The notes under the pieces are model-generated. The model saw nothing but the letters and a program-made list of their open reading frames with translations. It searched no databases and was not told the DNA's origin. Positions 12,110 to 24,831 of a DNA stretch of 64,000 nt are shown in pieces. The position numbers and the translations under genes were made by a program. Within the stretch, counting starts at the first letter, position 1. Each line of letters begins with the position of its first letter. The DNA is taken from contig JALJEE010002013.1 in the NCBI GenBank assembly GCA_023231475.1, forward strand, positions 1 to 64,000, given 5' to 3'. This DNA comes from Seison nebaliae (taxonomy: Eukaryota).

Positions 12110-13750
12110 ATGAGTGATAGTAAAGATAAGACTCTACTTGACTTCGAAGAGAATAATGGATTCCGTTTATTAGTCTTAACAATCGATTGCGCAAATGATA
12201 TGAAAGAGATGTCAGGTGTTTTCCTCGACCATTTGAACAAGGAAATATTAGCAGAAAAGGAAAGTCTTAAAAAAGAAGGACAAACGTTGCAAGATGAAAG
12301 AATGTCGAAGAAATTTGGGACTTATTCAGGTTCCATGGAACAAATCATGATTCGTTGTCGTTTATTAGAAATAGAAGATATGATAGGAAAATATTCAGCT
12401 GATATTGTTGCTATAGCTTACTCAAACATACCAACTACCACTTGGACGGAATGGGCGAGAGATAACGTTTTTTGGTTTATTCCAAAAGATCGTGTATCAG
12501 GTGAACATGGACGAGAAATTTTGAATCAAATGAGTTCACATTCCGATGCTATTTTGTGTGGTCTATTTGGCTACTCGAAATACTCACCAACAATTCCACC
12601 AATTAATGGTCATTCGTTAACGGTTTATGTAAAAAGATCAAAAATTAATCAATTTGCACAGACACATAGTTTACTCTATCCTTCTGCCACCGTAGCTCAA
12701 ACATCGCTTTCGTATATACACGAAGGGGAAGATGGGACAAGAAATGATTTAACGAAAATATATTTTTGTTCTGCTCATCTCAATAACTCGGAAGAGGTTG
12801 TGGGAGTTGGTTTTGAACTGATTGTCGGTCTCAACTTAACTCATATGGCAGAAGACGTTGGATTCATATATAATATCTCTACACATGATATCGTTGTTTT
12901 GATTCCTACTTGGAGATTAGGAAGTGAAGAAATGAATGTGAATGCAATTGAGAAAGAATTATTACAAATAGCACATCCCAAAGGTATACCGAATGATGCA
13001 GAACTTCCCATCACCGTCAATCCATTAAGAGCCATGGCTCAATATCGACCTACATTGGCAGATGAAAAATATAATGGAATTCGATTATATTTTAAAATGT
13101 CATCAAATTCGGTCGACAAATATGTTTGCAATCATTATTGTCCTTATGAAAATCAATTCAATCCACTAATTAAGATGGAAATTCAAACTAAACATAAATT
13201 TGCAACTAAACCTCTTCTTACTCTTTCGAAGATAACTCCCCAGTTCGATAGTAGTACACCAAAGTCTATAAATTTATCATCGATCGATGTACAATGGGAA
13301 TATGACAGTACTACATTTACGCCGGGAGAAAATGATTTGATCTGTATTTTACCTGTCGTTTATTTGAGTCCGGAACAAGACACAATTTCATTGGTAAACG
13401 CTTTAGGTAGTGGGAAAGAATTACAACAAGAAAAAAACAAAACGAAGAGAATTTCAACATTTCGCGAATTTAATGTTGCACCTAATTTTGTTGAAGTAAT
13501 GAGAAAACGTTCCGGTTCGTCCAAAGCCGAATGTGTTATGATGTATGTTCACGCATTTGATGTTGCGTCAACATTGGCCATGGTTGGTAGTGCACCTGTC
13601 GAACAAGTAAACGAAATTATCAAACAACACTTAAATAATGAAGTTGATATTAATCTTAACCATCAACCAATAGCCTGTACAAAATGTGTTTGTGTCAGTG
13701 AACCGTTCGATTTCCCTGTTTCTGGTTATATGAGTGAAGCAGAAGTTTAA
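12110..13750 (+). CDS. Intronless INPP5K/J-like protein (5-phosphatase fold + SKICH), catalytic motifs degenerate
   Basis: 546-aa ORF. RLLVLTIDCA, ADIVAIAYSNI, LTVYVKR, IYFCSAHL and HDIVVL match the 5-phosphatase strand order. C-terminal VQWEY..FTPGENDLICIL..MMYVH..CVSEPFDF matches the SKICH pattern. Confidence 0.6.
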   Translation: MSDSKDKTLLDFEENNGFRLLVLTIDCANDMKEMSGVFLDHLNKEILAEKESLKKEGQTLQDERMSKKFGTYSGSMEQIMIRCRLLEIEDMIGKYSADIVAIAYSNIPTTTWTEWARDNVFWFIPKDRVSGEHGREILNQMSSHSDAILCGLFGYSKYSPTIPPINGHSLTVYVKRSKINQFAQTHSLLYPSATVAQTSLSYIHEGEDGTRNDLTKIYFCSAHLNNSEEVVGVGFELIVGLNLTHMAEDVGFIYNISTHDIVVLIPTWRLGSEEMNVNAIEKELLQIAHPKGIPNDAELPITVNPLRAMAQYRPTLADEKYNGIRLYFKMSSNSVDKYVCNHYCPYENQFNPLIKMEIQTKHKFATKPLLTLSKITPQFDSSTPKSINLSSIDVQWEYDSTTFTPGENDLICILPVVYLSPEQDTISLVNALGSGKELQQEKNKTKRISTFREFNVAPNFVEVMRKRSGSSKAECVMMYVHAFDVASTLAMVGSAPVEQVNEIIKQHLNNEVDINLNHQPIACTKCVCVSEPFDFPVSGYMSEAEV

Positions 13751-16700
13751 AAGGAAAGAATGAAGTCAGTGAATATCTTTTTATTTTCATCACCCTCCGA
13801 CATTACTTAGATTGATTAAATAATAAATTAATGCTTCTCTCTATTTCCAACAATTCCAACCTTCAAATTGAGTTAGAAAATGATTTCTTTTGTTTCAAAT
13901 CATTAAAAAGTTATCATAAGTTACTTGTTATCATTTTTCGTAAGATATAGCAATTTAAAGTTTCAAAATAGGATTTATCTAGGTTGTTTAGACTAAGAAT
14001 TAAAGTTAAAAATGTTATGATTGATGAATGATGAATTATTAACCGTTATATATATAGCTGAAACATTTATTAAAAAGAATGTAAGAATAAAAAATTAAAA
14101 ACGTTATGATTGAGGAAGGAGTAAAATTAATCAAAGAACCGCTATAGATTGAATTTAGATAAGAATTTAGTTAAAGAAAACGAAACTACATTATTCCTTT
14201 GCGTTTAAATACATGATCAAATCATCTTTAGTGCTAATACTTTTTGAAAAAACCAACGTATTACCACGTTGAAAGAAAAATTTAAGATTTATAGATTTCG
14301 ATGCTGTTACTTTCACCCCGAATTACTTTCCCCCCGAAAAAAAAATTGAAGAGAAAAATGAAATTTTAAGGGGTTTTTCCTCATTGAAAATTAACGAAGT
14401 AGGGTTCATTCGAAAGAGCATAAAATTCTCTTTCGAATGCATATCATATCATTTTAAAAAATTAAATATTAATATTAAAATTTTAGGAAAAAAGTTGGAC
14501 TTTTTTTTTTTCGATTTCAAAAAATTCAACTATTTTGAATTGCTGTGCGTTAGGTGTTAATAGATAGAAGATGTATTAGGTTTCCAAAATAATTTGATTC
14601 TAATTTTTCATTTGAACTATTTTCCCCAATTTCAACAAACTGGTCCAAAATAAAAATATTGAAAAACACCAAGAAAATGTTTGGAAGTCTTCACTCTTTA
14701 AAATATTCAACCGGGAAGATTCAATGTCTATGTCATTGGATTCACTTAATATTTATCGTCTATGTTCAAATCAATCGGATGGTGGATAATTGCGACTTAT
14801 CTTTCCACCGTTATATTGTTCGGCTGTCGTTTGGTCAGTTGCGTTCAACGTCCGAAATATAAAAATCGAAAAAATCATAAAAGTGAATATGAATTTAATT
14901 ACATGACAAAAAATAAATTTGAGGTTTTCCTAAACATCGTCAATCACCCAAGGTGAATCTTAAGAAACTGTTCGAACAGTAATACTGTCTGTGAGTATTA
15001 GTGATGGAATATAAAGAATTTTTGATTGTTGTATTAATTGGACGAAAGTAGGAAGAACAATCGTAATAATGGGTAAAAGATTTTGGATGAATCCTGTCGT
15101 CGAAATTCCATTGGCAGGAGATACATCTGTTTGGATACATGGAAACTTTGTATAAATAACGAGTTATTATTCGATGTAGGAAGAAGAAGAGTAGGATAAG
15201 ATATAGAAAATAGATTAAGAAGAATATATCTCCTGTTTTTGTCTTCTTTCAGTCTTTCTTCTTCCTCGTCTTATATTGTGGACAATATCATAAAGGAAAT
15301 AGAACATATAATAAGATATTAACTACTCAATTACAAGTGCAGTATGTTGAAAGATAGGAGTAGGACGGAATTACGGTAGATCCGGTGCAAAAACGAATAA
15401 AGAAGCCACACGAAAAGCAAGAAAGATATCGAGAAATCTTGTTTAATGAATTCCTCTTGAACAAGATGAATGTTTATGTTGAAGAAAACGAAAAGATTAA
15501 TTAAGTTGAGGATATGAGTTGGAGAAATAGGACAAATTCATTTCTCGTCAGAACTCACGCTTATTATTTTCAGTATCAGCAGATACCATAGCAATCCTCC
15601 TCTCATTCATTTTCACTACACGTATGACATCGATCGACCAATAATAATAAATAAAAAGACATCATCATTTAATCAATCTATTCATTCTATGTCCTTCTTA
15701 AATCAATTGTTATATTATTGAAAGTTTTTAGTTTTTGAAATTCACTCATATAATTTAAATTAACTAACGAATAAGATATCAAACATGTTATGTCGAGTGT
15801 TTCAATTCCACTTAACGGAAGGAAAAACATCTCTTGTTGTCAAAACTTCGCTTAAATTGGGATCAATAATTTACTTTAAATGATATAAAGGAAATTTAAT
15901 GCATCGCATTTATCAATTGAACGAGCAAAAAAATAATTAGAAAATTAATAATTAAAAGAGAAAACAAATTATCAGTTTTCTAATCAGATACAGTAGTTCG
16001 AATATTTTGACTCGAAACTGAGAAATGGTCAACGTGAATCGAGGGATGAAATGCATTTGTATAAATGTCAACCATTTCCCACCGGAATCATAATGAACAA
16101 ACGCAGTTATCAGTTTAGCATGTGAATATCCGTTAACTAAATTTTTTGGAAGAAAGCAAATATTCTTTTGGACTAGTTAAGTAAAACATAAAAATTATTG
16201 AGAAGAACAATTTCCTAACAAGTCAAAAAATCTTCTACAAATATTGAAAAATTTTAAATGAGAAAAATAAATTTTTTTCAAATACTAACAAATACTTGTA
16301 AGTGTAAATCCCTAAAGGGTGATCTAGAAATAAAAATCACGATTGTTGCCCGTTAAAAGTTAATTTACGTCATCTTATAATGTTGAATGTAATGTTTACG
16401 TCGAAGGTTTGAGAAGATTTGAATAACATAGTTCTTTCATTTTTAATTTAATTTATATTAGAATATCCCTAAATATTTTACATCAGAAAACTTTTAAGTT
16501 CGGAATTAAAATTTTCGAAGTTTCATAAAATTGTTTAGACTTGTCAAGTCGGAGAATGAAATATCTCCAAACCAACCGGATACACCTGTAGAGAATATAA
16601 TATGAAAAAAAAACAAATTCAAATGTCCGTAAATGAACGAAAAGAAAATTCGGAATCGTCAATCTTCTGCATTAGAGACAGATATTGTTTGATTGCTCTT

Positions 16701-17957
16701 ATCTAATCATTTATCAAAATTTCATTCTGTTTGACTGAAACACATCAGATCTATGAAAAATTATTCAAGAGGAACCGAATAGTCCTCTTTTTTCATTATT
16801 CATCATCATTCTATATATGACCATCTCTAACAAGTAAATAATTTGAACGTCGATCGTTGTTTATCTGTTTAGCAACTTAATGTTGTCGATATTAATATAT
16901 ATATCGCCGATTACCTGATCAACTGACTTTTTACATAAAACCCAAAAATATCAATTTGATCAATTCACAATAAGGAGATATTAGTCTATTCAAAAGCTTT
17001 TAATTTTCTGTGATCATAGCTATTTCTGGTGATCAAGCAGATAAATTTTGAATGAAGAGTCATTTGTTCTAAAACGTGCCGCCACTTAATATAGGAACGT
17101 TATAAGTATGAATAATTTTACGATTGTTGACGATTGTTTGAAGACAAACTCATTCTCAAGAGAACCCAAATGACACAATTTCTTCCTGTTTTCGGACGAG
17201 CAACATGGAATACAGTGCGATTTATTCTCAAATCGAAGAATATGGATAGAAGATTGCAATAAATTTTATAGTTAGTTCGTTAACGAGAAAGAATTAACAA
17301 GTGAAAGAAAAAGTATAATAAGAGGAGGTGTGTGAATAATATGGGAGAAATAGAACATGAGAAATAAATTGAGTGTTAATAGAAGATATCAGAAATTTCG
17401 TTTTGAAATGTTTTCGTAATTATTCTATAACTACTTCCTAAAGGAATAACATTAGAATCTTCAACAGTTTCATCAAATGTTCGAGAAGAACAATAATAAG
17501 GAATATATGCTTCTTATAAGAGATAATAGTCTTGTAATATCGCACATCTATTTTTTCATGGAATGAATGCGAATCTGACGATGAATAGAGAGCGGGTGGA
17601 ACCTTCTTACATTGTTAGTCCAATTACAATCTTTGCATGTAAATTGTGAGACATAGTAGAGACTTCCGAATATTATTCAACAACTATTTTATCAATTATT
17701 TGTTGGACGAATTCATTATCGAGTACTTTATCACTTCCATCCATCTACTATTTGGGCGAGAGAGAGAGACATATGCAAATTACAAAATGAACAGAATCAA
17801 ACGAAGTCATCAAAATTTTTAATGAAAATTATTCTTAATCAGTCCATCTCTATTATTCTTCTTCAGCTTCCTTTCAATATTATTAACAATGGACAACGTG
17901 AAGCATTATGGTGCGAATATTCCTCCAAACGGAAATACCTGAAAATTCTATTTTCAT

Positions 17958-18247
17958 TTGGGGGACAGTTATCAACTATTCGATATTTTTCAGTCCACAA
18001 CGACCTTACTCCATCATCATTTCGCACAATTATCGACCTTCAATCGATCTATCGAACTTGTCTCAATTTTACATTTACAGTTCATAACTATAAAGAATAG
18101 CTGATACGTAATAAAGTAACCGATTGAAAACGAGTATTCAAATTAAGGTTTAGAACTGTCCGAAATTGAGATTAACAATTGTCCTTTTTTATTAAAGCAT
18201 CCATTAGTTGAGAACCGGCCGAATATGAAGAACTTCACTTATCTGTC
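17958..18247. mobile_element. Short degenerate MITE-like copy of the family at 165-428
   Basis: TTGGGGGACAGTTATCAAC at 17958 is the inverse of the 165-428 terminus. GGTTTAGAACTGTCCGAAATTGAG (18147) and AGTTGAGAACCGGCCG (18206) are in the opposite orientation. Confidence 0.55.
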
Positions 18248-18686
18248 ATAAAAAATATCGATTTAACGGTTTAATACAAATCCATCAAATGAAAATTATC
18301 AACTTCTTTCGGATCATTTTCTCAATAGATCAGATCGATATAACATTCAAATTCATCAAATATCGTATCATAATTATCAAATTTTATCTGATATATAGCT
18401 TAATCGTAAAATAATAATCATAATGTAATCATATAGTAATATATGATGGTAGAAAAGTTTAATCATTATCACAATGAAACAATGCGATGAGGGAAGTAAT
18501 GTGGACAGACATAGAGATATGATAAGAGAATAACTTGTAAATTGAACGAAATTGGTAGAAATAACTTTTTTTGTGAGAATACTATAAGTTGTAATGTGAT
18601 AGTTAGTTGTTAAATTTCCTATTACTTATTCAATAAAGCCATTCTTTTACTCTCATTCCATCATCATTCCTCATTCTCTATTATTC

Positions 18687-19966
18687 GGGTTACGGAGCGG
18701 AACTCACCCTCGTTTCAGTTCAGCCTCTTTTCTAGTTTCGAAGTTGAACTCACTCTAATTTCGGAGCGGAACTCACCCTTTTTTTCTATTTCGGAGCGGA
18801 AATAACCCTATTTTTTCTATTTCGGAGTGGAACTCACTCTAAAATCAAATATTAACTCCATTTCGGAGAGGAAATCACTCTAAATTCTTTTTCTAAGTTT
18901 TTTTTCACAGAAACACGAGACTTTATTTTTCTTTCCCCTATCAAAAAATCTCAACACCGGCTTTAAAAGCTCAATACCGTCGGCAGTTTCTACTTCAATA
19001 GGAGGAGGTAAAAAATTCACGATACACTGATAGCAATAAAATACATACTTACTGCTAATCATGGATACTTATTTATAAAGATTTGTCGCTTTTTTTATCT
19101 TTCAAACATTTCTCATGGTAGGTTTATTGTTTTGATCTAATTTATGGATTAATTGATCATAAGATTGTTCAATTAATTATTTTAATTATTTGATCTCATG
19201 CCTTGATTAACTGGTTAAAGGATTCTTTAGTAAATATTCTATTACTTTACGCCTGAAGACGGTTTTGGTATATTAAAGTTATCATTCTAGTAAAATACTT
19301 ACTAATTGGTTGACAACGTTCATTTGAGCATTGTTATGACTTCATAAATTATGCTAAAATCGAAAAAGCTTCGAAAAAAATGTGAAATTAAAAGGTGAAT
19401 TCCTCTCCGAAATCCTCCAATTTGGGTGAATTCCTCTCCGAAAACTCCTTTTGGGTGGATTGCGCTATAAAAATATTTTATAAGCCGAACAGTCGAGTGA
19501 ATTTCCTTCCGTTATTTGAGTGACTACAGCCCCGAAAATGAAAAGCAGAGTGAATTCCTCCATAAAGTGAATACCGCTCTGGGATTCCTTTCAAATTAAT
19601 AGTCAAGACGCCATAATCCTATTAACCAATTAAAGAAATGTAATTGTTTTCATCAAAACATCTTCAGAGATTCTTTCGTATTTTGTCAATTTTAAAAACG
19701 GAATGAGTTCCGCTCCGAAATATCATAAAGAGGGTGAGCTCGTTTGGGCTCTGAAAAAAATGGATGAGTTGCTCTCCGCAATATATCCAGATGAGTGAGT
19801 TCCTCTTCGAAATATTGTTAGTGGGTGAATTCCTCTCCGAATTGCAGTATTTTTTTTTTTTTTTGAAATCGCAATCTAGGCAATTGAATATGATTAAACT
19901 GATTTTCACTGCGAAAATTAAAAAGAAGTTCAGTTCCTCTATAAGGTGAGGTCCGCTCCTAGATTC
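18687..19966. mobile_element. Non-autonomous TIR DNA transposon with subterminal repeat arrays (MULE/foldback-like)
   Basis: Six CGGAGCGGAACTCACCCT-like units at the left and ~14 inverted units at the right; flanked by direct repeat CTATTATTC (18678-18686 and 19967-19975), a 8-9 bp TSD. Confidence 0.85.
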
Positions 19967-22900
19967 CTATTATTCTTCAACTATTCAATATGTAATACTT
20001 CCTAAATTATTTCCATCTATCAGAAGGTTATATTTCAAACTCATAACGAAAGTGATAGAGAATAAAATAGAATTCAACTGTTTTTTAAGAATCGAAAATG
20101 TAATCGTCAATTTAGCTTAGGAGAGATCAATTTTAACTCATCTTCATAAAAACTGCCAAAACTGTCAACGTTTTCTTTCCAAAATTTAATAATTTCATCA
20201 GGAAGAGATTATTGGAAAGTTTAGTTATTTATCTCTCAATACAAATTGGATAAATTGGACAATCTAAAAGGATGAGAATGACGTAAAAGGAATATAAATT
20301 GGAGTGACCTCGTCATAGACGAATGAGGGAAAATAGGAAAACACTGACGGCTACTATTGGTGAGGGAAAGAATGGCAAGAGAATTTGTTCGATAAGTTAT
20401 TGAAAATTGTGACACAAATTATTTTTCGAATTCCATCGGGATGAATGAAATTGGAAATAAATTACACTATCTTCAAATTTGCGCTATAGAACTTACTTCT
20501 CCACATATTCCCACGAAACAACTAGTGTTTGATGATGTTACATATAGTTATTTGTTTATTTCATGTACGTGAAGACGAAAATCAAACGAATACATATTGG
20601 GATTGATAATTACTATTAAAAAAGCGAGAAATTTCGATTGGAATTACTTCTTACGTGTGTGTAGGACAGTTCATCCCATCAATATTTTTCTTGTCTATAA
20701 TATCTATTAAATATTACATATTTTTGATTCCGAAAAAAAAAGAAGAAAGTTCCTAATTGACTAGATTATTGAAAGGAAGAACCAAATTAATAAATCGGAA
20801 AATTTTTTGAAGAAAATACATAAAAAAAAATCTTTAGAAATTCCAATGAAATGAATGAAAAAACACAATTCTTCTAGCAACACTCAATTTTTTATCGTTG
20901 TCAAGATCATGAATGACGGTAATCGAAATAATCAATGGAATGTGTCGGTTGCTTATCGTTGAACGGAAATCTTGAAGCTTTCTTAAAATAATGAAAGAGG
21001 AAAGGAAAGATGGAAGAAAAGAAGTAAATGTGAAGCAAGAATAATTTAAGAAATTGTAAAAAAATTAGGTAAATTGTCAAATTTAACGATAAAAATGATT
21101 GATGTTACATTTGTTGAGATGTAAGGAGATGTTGAGATAATTAGTTTGCTGCTTCATTTTATGACCATGATGCGCCATGTAGTATAATCATCTTTATCCT
21201 CATTAAATAAATACTAGGAACATCAAAAGAATCAGATGGAATTAGGAAAAGAAGGAAGATGAAATTCATCAAAATCAGTTGAAGCAACGTTCACACATAC
21301 GCAGTAGAGACACACTTGATAAGTATTAAGCATAGTATTTAGTTAGTGTTCGGATAAGGAAGATTAACGTTGGGGAATTGAGTTGAAAACAGATTTGTAA
21401 ATCTAAATAAATTTCTACAAATTTCTAAGAAGATGAAACAGAAAGATTGGAGGTTTGAGTGAGAGTAAAAGGAAGAACGAAGTTACCTGAGAAATTATTT
21501 TCGAAATAAATTCCATCGTTTCCATCTAATTAACATATGGAGTTAGGCATTTCATATGAGAACATCTCTTGCATTTCTCATGTGTAATGAATAAATGAAT
21601 CAATTTGAAGGAATTGTAACTATTCTTTCTCCTCATCGCATATATATCTCCACCGAATGAATCAAATGAAACGAAAAGAAAAGTTTGTTAAATTTACGAT
21701 GAGTAGAGAAAGAAAATTAATGAAAAGAATAAATTAAAGATAACTAAATCCTCTGAAACAGATCAGCAAGATGAATTGATATTCTGGTGATCCTTTAAAA
21801 ATATACAATGAATGAAAATCATCAGCAAATCATTTCTAATATAATTCTTCATCATTTAAAGCAATCTCCATTCCAAAATGAATATTCACAAAATACAATC
21901 GATGAATCATCAGATCTTATGATTTAACTTAAATTGCATACTTTAACATCACAAATTATCACGTGAATTCATTTGAAAATAATCTTTTCATTTGACAGTT
22001 CCATGAGAATTTTTTATATTAATTTCTTTTAATTTAATAAATTTTTTAATAATTATAAAATTGAATTTCATAGACGTAATCGTCGTCTATACAAATTATT
22101 ATTATTGATTTACTTCTAATTTAAAAGATATTATTAAAAAGTGTTCTTTCAATTGATTGTTTAAATAATTAGTATATTAATTAATTAGAATTAAATTAAT
22201 AAAAAATATCGAAGGACAAATACGAAAATATCTTCTGAAGAAGAAATTTACATTCTTCATTTAGTTAATGATTTGAATGCATTTGGCGTCGAGGTGATAT
22301 TGAAGAGAATTTCTGTAATAAAATAATTCCACTTCTCGCCATTGGGAAGATGCGAAAAATAATTAGTAGATTAACCATTCAAGGTGATAATGAGGAGAAG
22401 ATGTTTACTATAATGATGAGTGGAATTTCACAATTTTACGTTTAATAAAATAAGAAATTTATCTTGAGTGAATTTATAGAAATATTCTGAATGAAAATTT
22501 AATTATCTACTCAGTTGACTATGTTAGAACATATTTGACTCATTGGGGGGAAATAAGAATGAGCGTTGGCGAATAATCTGTTTTGATTGTGAGACAACTG
22601 GTAAATGGAGAGGACGTTGAAAAGGAAAAAAAAAGAAAAACTGGAATAAATAATATGGAAGAAGCGTGAATGAATGAAGTTTAATTAGACAGGATATCTT
22701 CCATTTCATAATTAAAAAAGAGAAATGAAAAAATCTTGAGTTTTCTTTACGAAGAATTATATGGCATTATGATGAATAATGGAAATCTTATGGGTCGCTT
22801 TAGTTAATTACAACTGATCATCCGTTTCTGTGTCCTATTCATATTTTCTATTATTCTTTCTTTTCAGTCATCTTTATATTGTCGAAAGGCACTTTTCTCA

Positions 22901-24831
22901 AGGTTCTTAAATGGTGACTTTCTTATACAACTCTTCCGCATCTGTTCTTCAAAAGAAATGCGAGCGAAATCGAGAGTAATTATATTAGAATTAATCTTCA
23001 TCTACGAATCATTCCTACCTACTTTTTCTTTCCTCGTTTTATTTATATAAATATTTAACTAATACTATATTAATATTCTTTTCCCTTCCATAAATATTTC
23101 TCTTTCATTTATTCTTTTTTCTACGACTTTCATCCAAATGAGAAAGCCAATGTACATTTCCGTCAGATATTTCCATCGTTATATAATGAAAGATTTCTTG
23201 CCAAAAAAAATTTCATTAACAGAAAAATATATCCTTATCGTTTATGATCAAGTTTAATCCTAAAATAGGTTTGTCTATAAACATAATCAGAATTGTTCTT
23301 CTATCAATCCTTCTTCTCACTCTCTTAGTGGAAAAAGATGAATTGATATTTTTCCTCATTAATCTTCATTCTCTTAATAACATTAATAACAGATTGAGAA
23401 CTTTAAAAATTTCTCAAAATATTTTGTTTTTGTTGTTCTCTTAAAATTTATTCATGATTGAATTCCTTTCTCTCATCAATTCCAATGAACGTTTATGAGA
23501 ATTTCACTAAAATATTCTTGGAATGTAAAAGTTCTTGTCTAATCGACTTGACTAGATATGCAAATACATTTTCATCTTCTTCATCTTTATTCAGAGGAAG
23601 AAGAAATGTATAATAGAAAAAAATCGATAAAGATTGATATGTCTCATTAAGAAGATTATTAAACATCAAACAAGAAAATATTTCTTTCACATAAGAAGTA
23701 ATGCTCATAAATTTATTACAAATTGTTACGTATCGATTCAAGTTCGATTGATATTGATGACTATTGGAAAAGTCAATTGGGCTTAATTTTTTAATTATCA
23801 GTTACGATTAAGAAAACTGCTTATAAAAATTATTCTTCATGGAAAAATTGCTTTCGATTTATTTCATTTCATTTACAAAAAAGAATATAGAATTTGGCAG
23901 AATATTCAAGTAGCTTCTTCCGCAAATAACTGAAAGATTAATTTTCCGAGCTGTGTCATTATGGGCGAATGTTGTTGTCGATAATTAATTCCCCATTGTT
24001 TGTCCGTCTTCCTTCTTAACAATAAGTAATCGTTCATTGATACTCATTGCGTTTAAAATGAAAATTAGCAGTGAATTAATTCGACATCAATTCGATCTTG
24101 GCCCAACTAAGAATTAATTGACATTCGAAGTAAAATAATTGGTTCGAATAATAAAATTTTAATTTGAAATTAAGAAAAAGTTATTGTTCTTTATTGTCAA
24201 GTTGATTATGCTGATTCATAATAACTTTGTTATGTTATTCCGAGAAAAATAAAAAACGGATTGAATAGTTAAAATTTTTATAAACTCAATTTAATAAAAT
24301 TATGATAAAACTTTTATTAATATTTTACAAATTGTGAGAAAACAAATGAGATGATAAAAAACACAAAGTAATGTATATTTGAGATAACTATTTTTTAATT
24401 CAATCATTTAATACAGTATAATAACTATTCATTTCATATTAAGCTTCTATTTCCAATCTAGTACACTTTCAAATGTAGAAAGTATAGATTTTGTAAGACT
24501 CTATAAATGACCTTACAGAAATCGTTAGTTACCATTTCGTTACAGAAATAACGTCTCTATGTGCGAACTAGAACGGAGAATGCACCGTATGAGAATATGG
24601 TTGTTGAGAGAACAGACATATAATATCTAACAAAGACAAATGATATGAGGATTAATAAATATTTTAAGAAGAAAAAATAATTGATAGTTGACAATTTCAA
24701 ATCGAAGCTGATATACGAACGAAAAATTAGCGAACTTTTCTCACTTCGTTCTTTCCATTTTTAGCAGTCATCTTCATTTTTACCACAATTCATTTTCTTC
24801 TCAACATTTTTTTTCATTAGACAACTAAATC

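Noticed and set aside
14980..15002. miR-8/miR-200-family-like sequence TAATACTGTCTG
   Set aside because: No complementary star arm forming a pre-miRNA-sized hairpin.
19045..19052. ATACTTAC resembling the U1 snRNA 5' end
   Set aside because: Lies inside the transposon; no U1 stem-loops or Sm site follow.
23521..23571. miR-279-like seed TGACTAGAT with a partial hairpin, overlapping a miR-1-like TGGAATGTAAA
   Set aside because: The loop is only ~3 nt with a large internal mismatch; chance matches are expected in AT-rich DNA.
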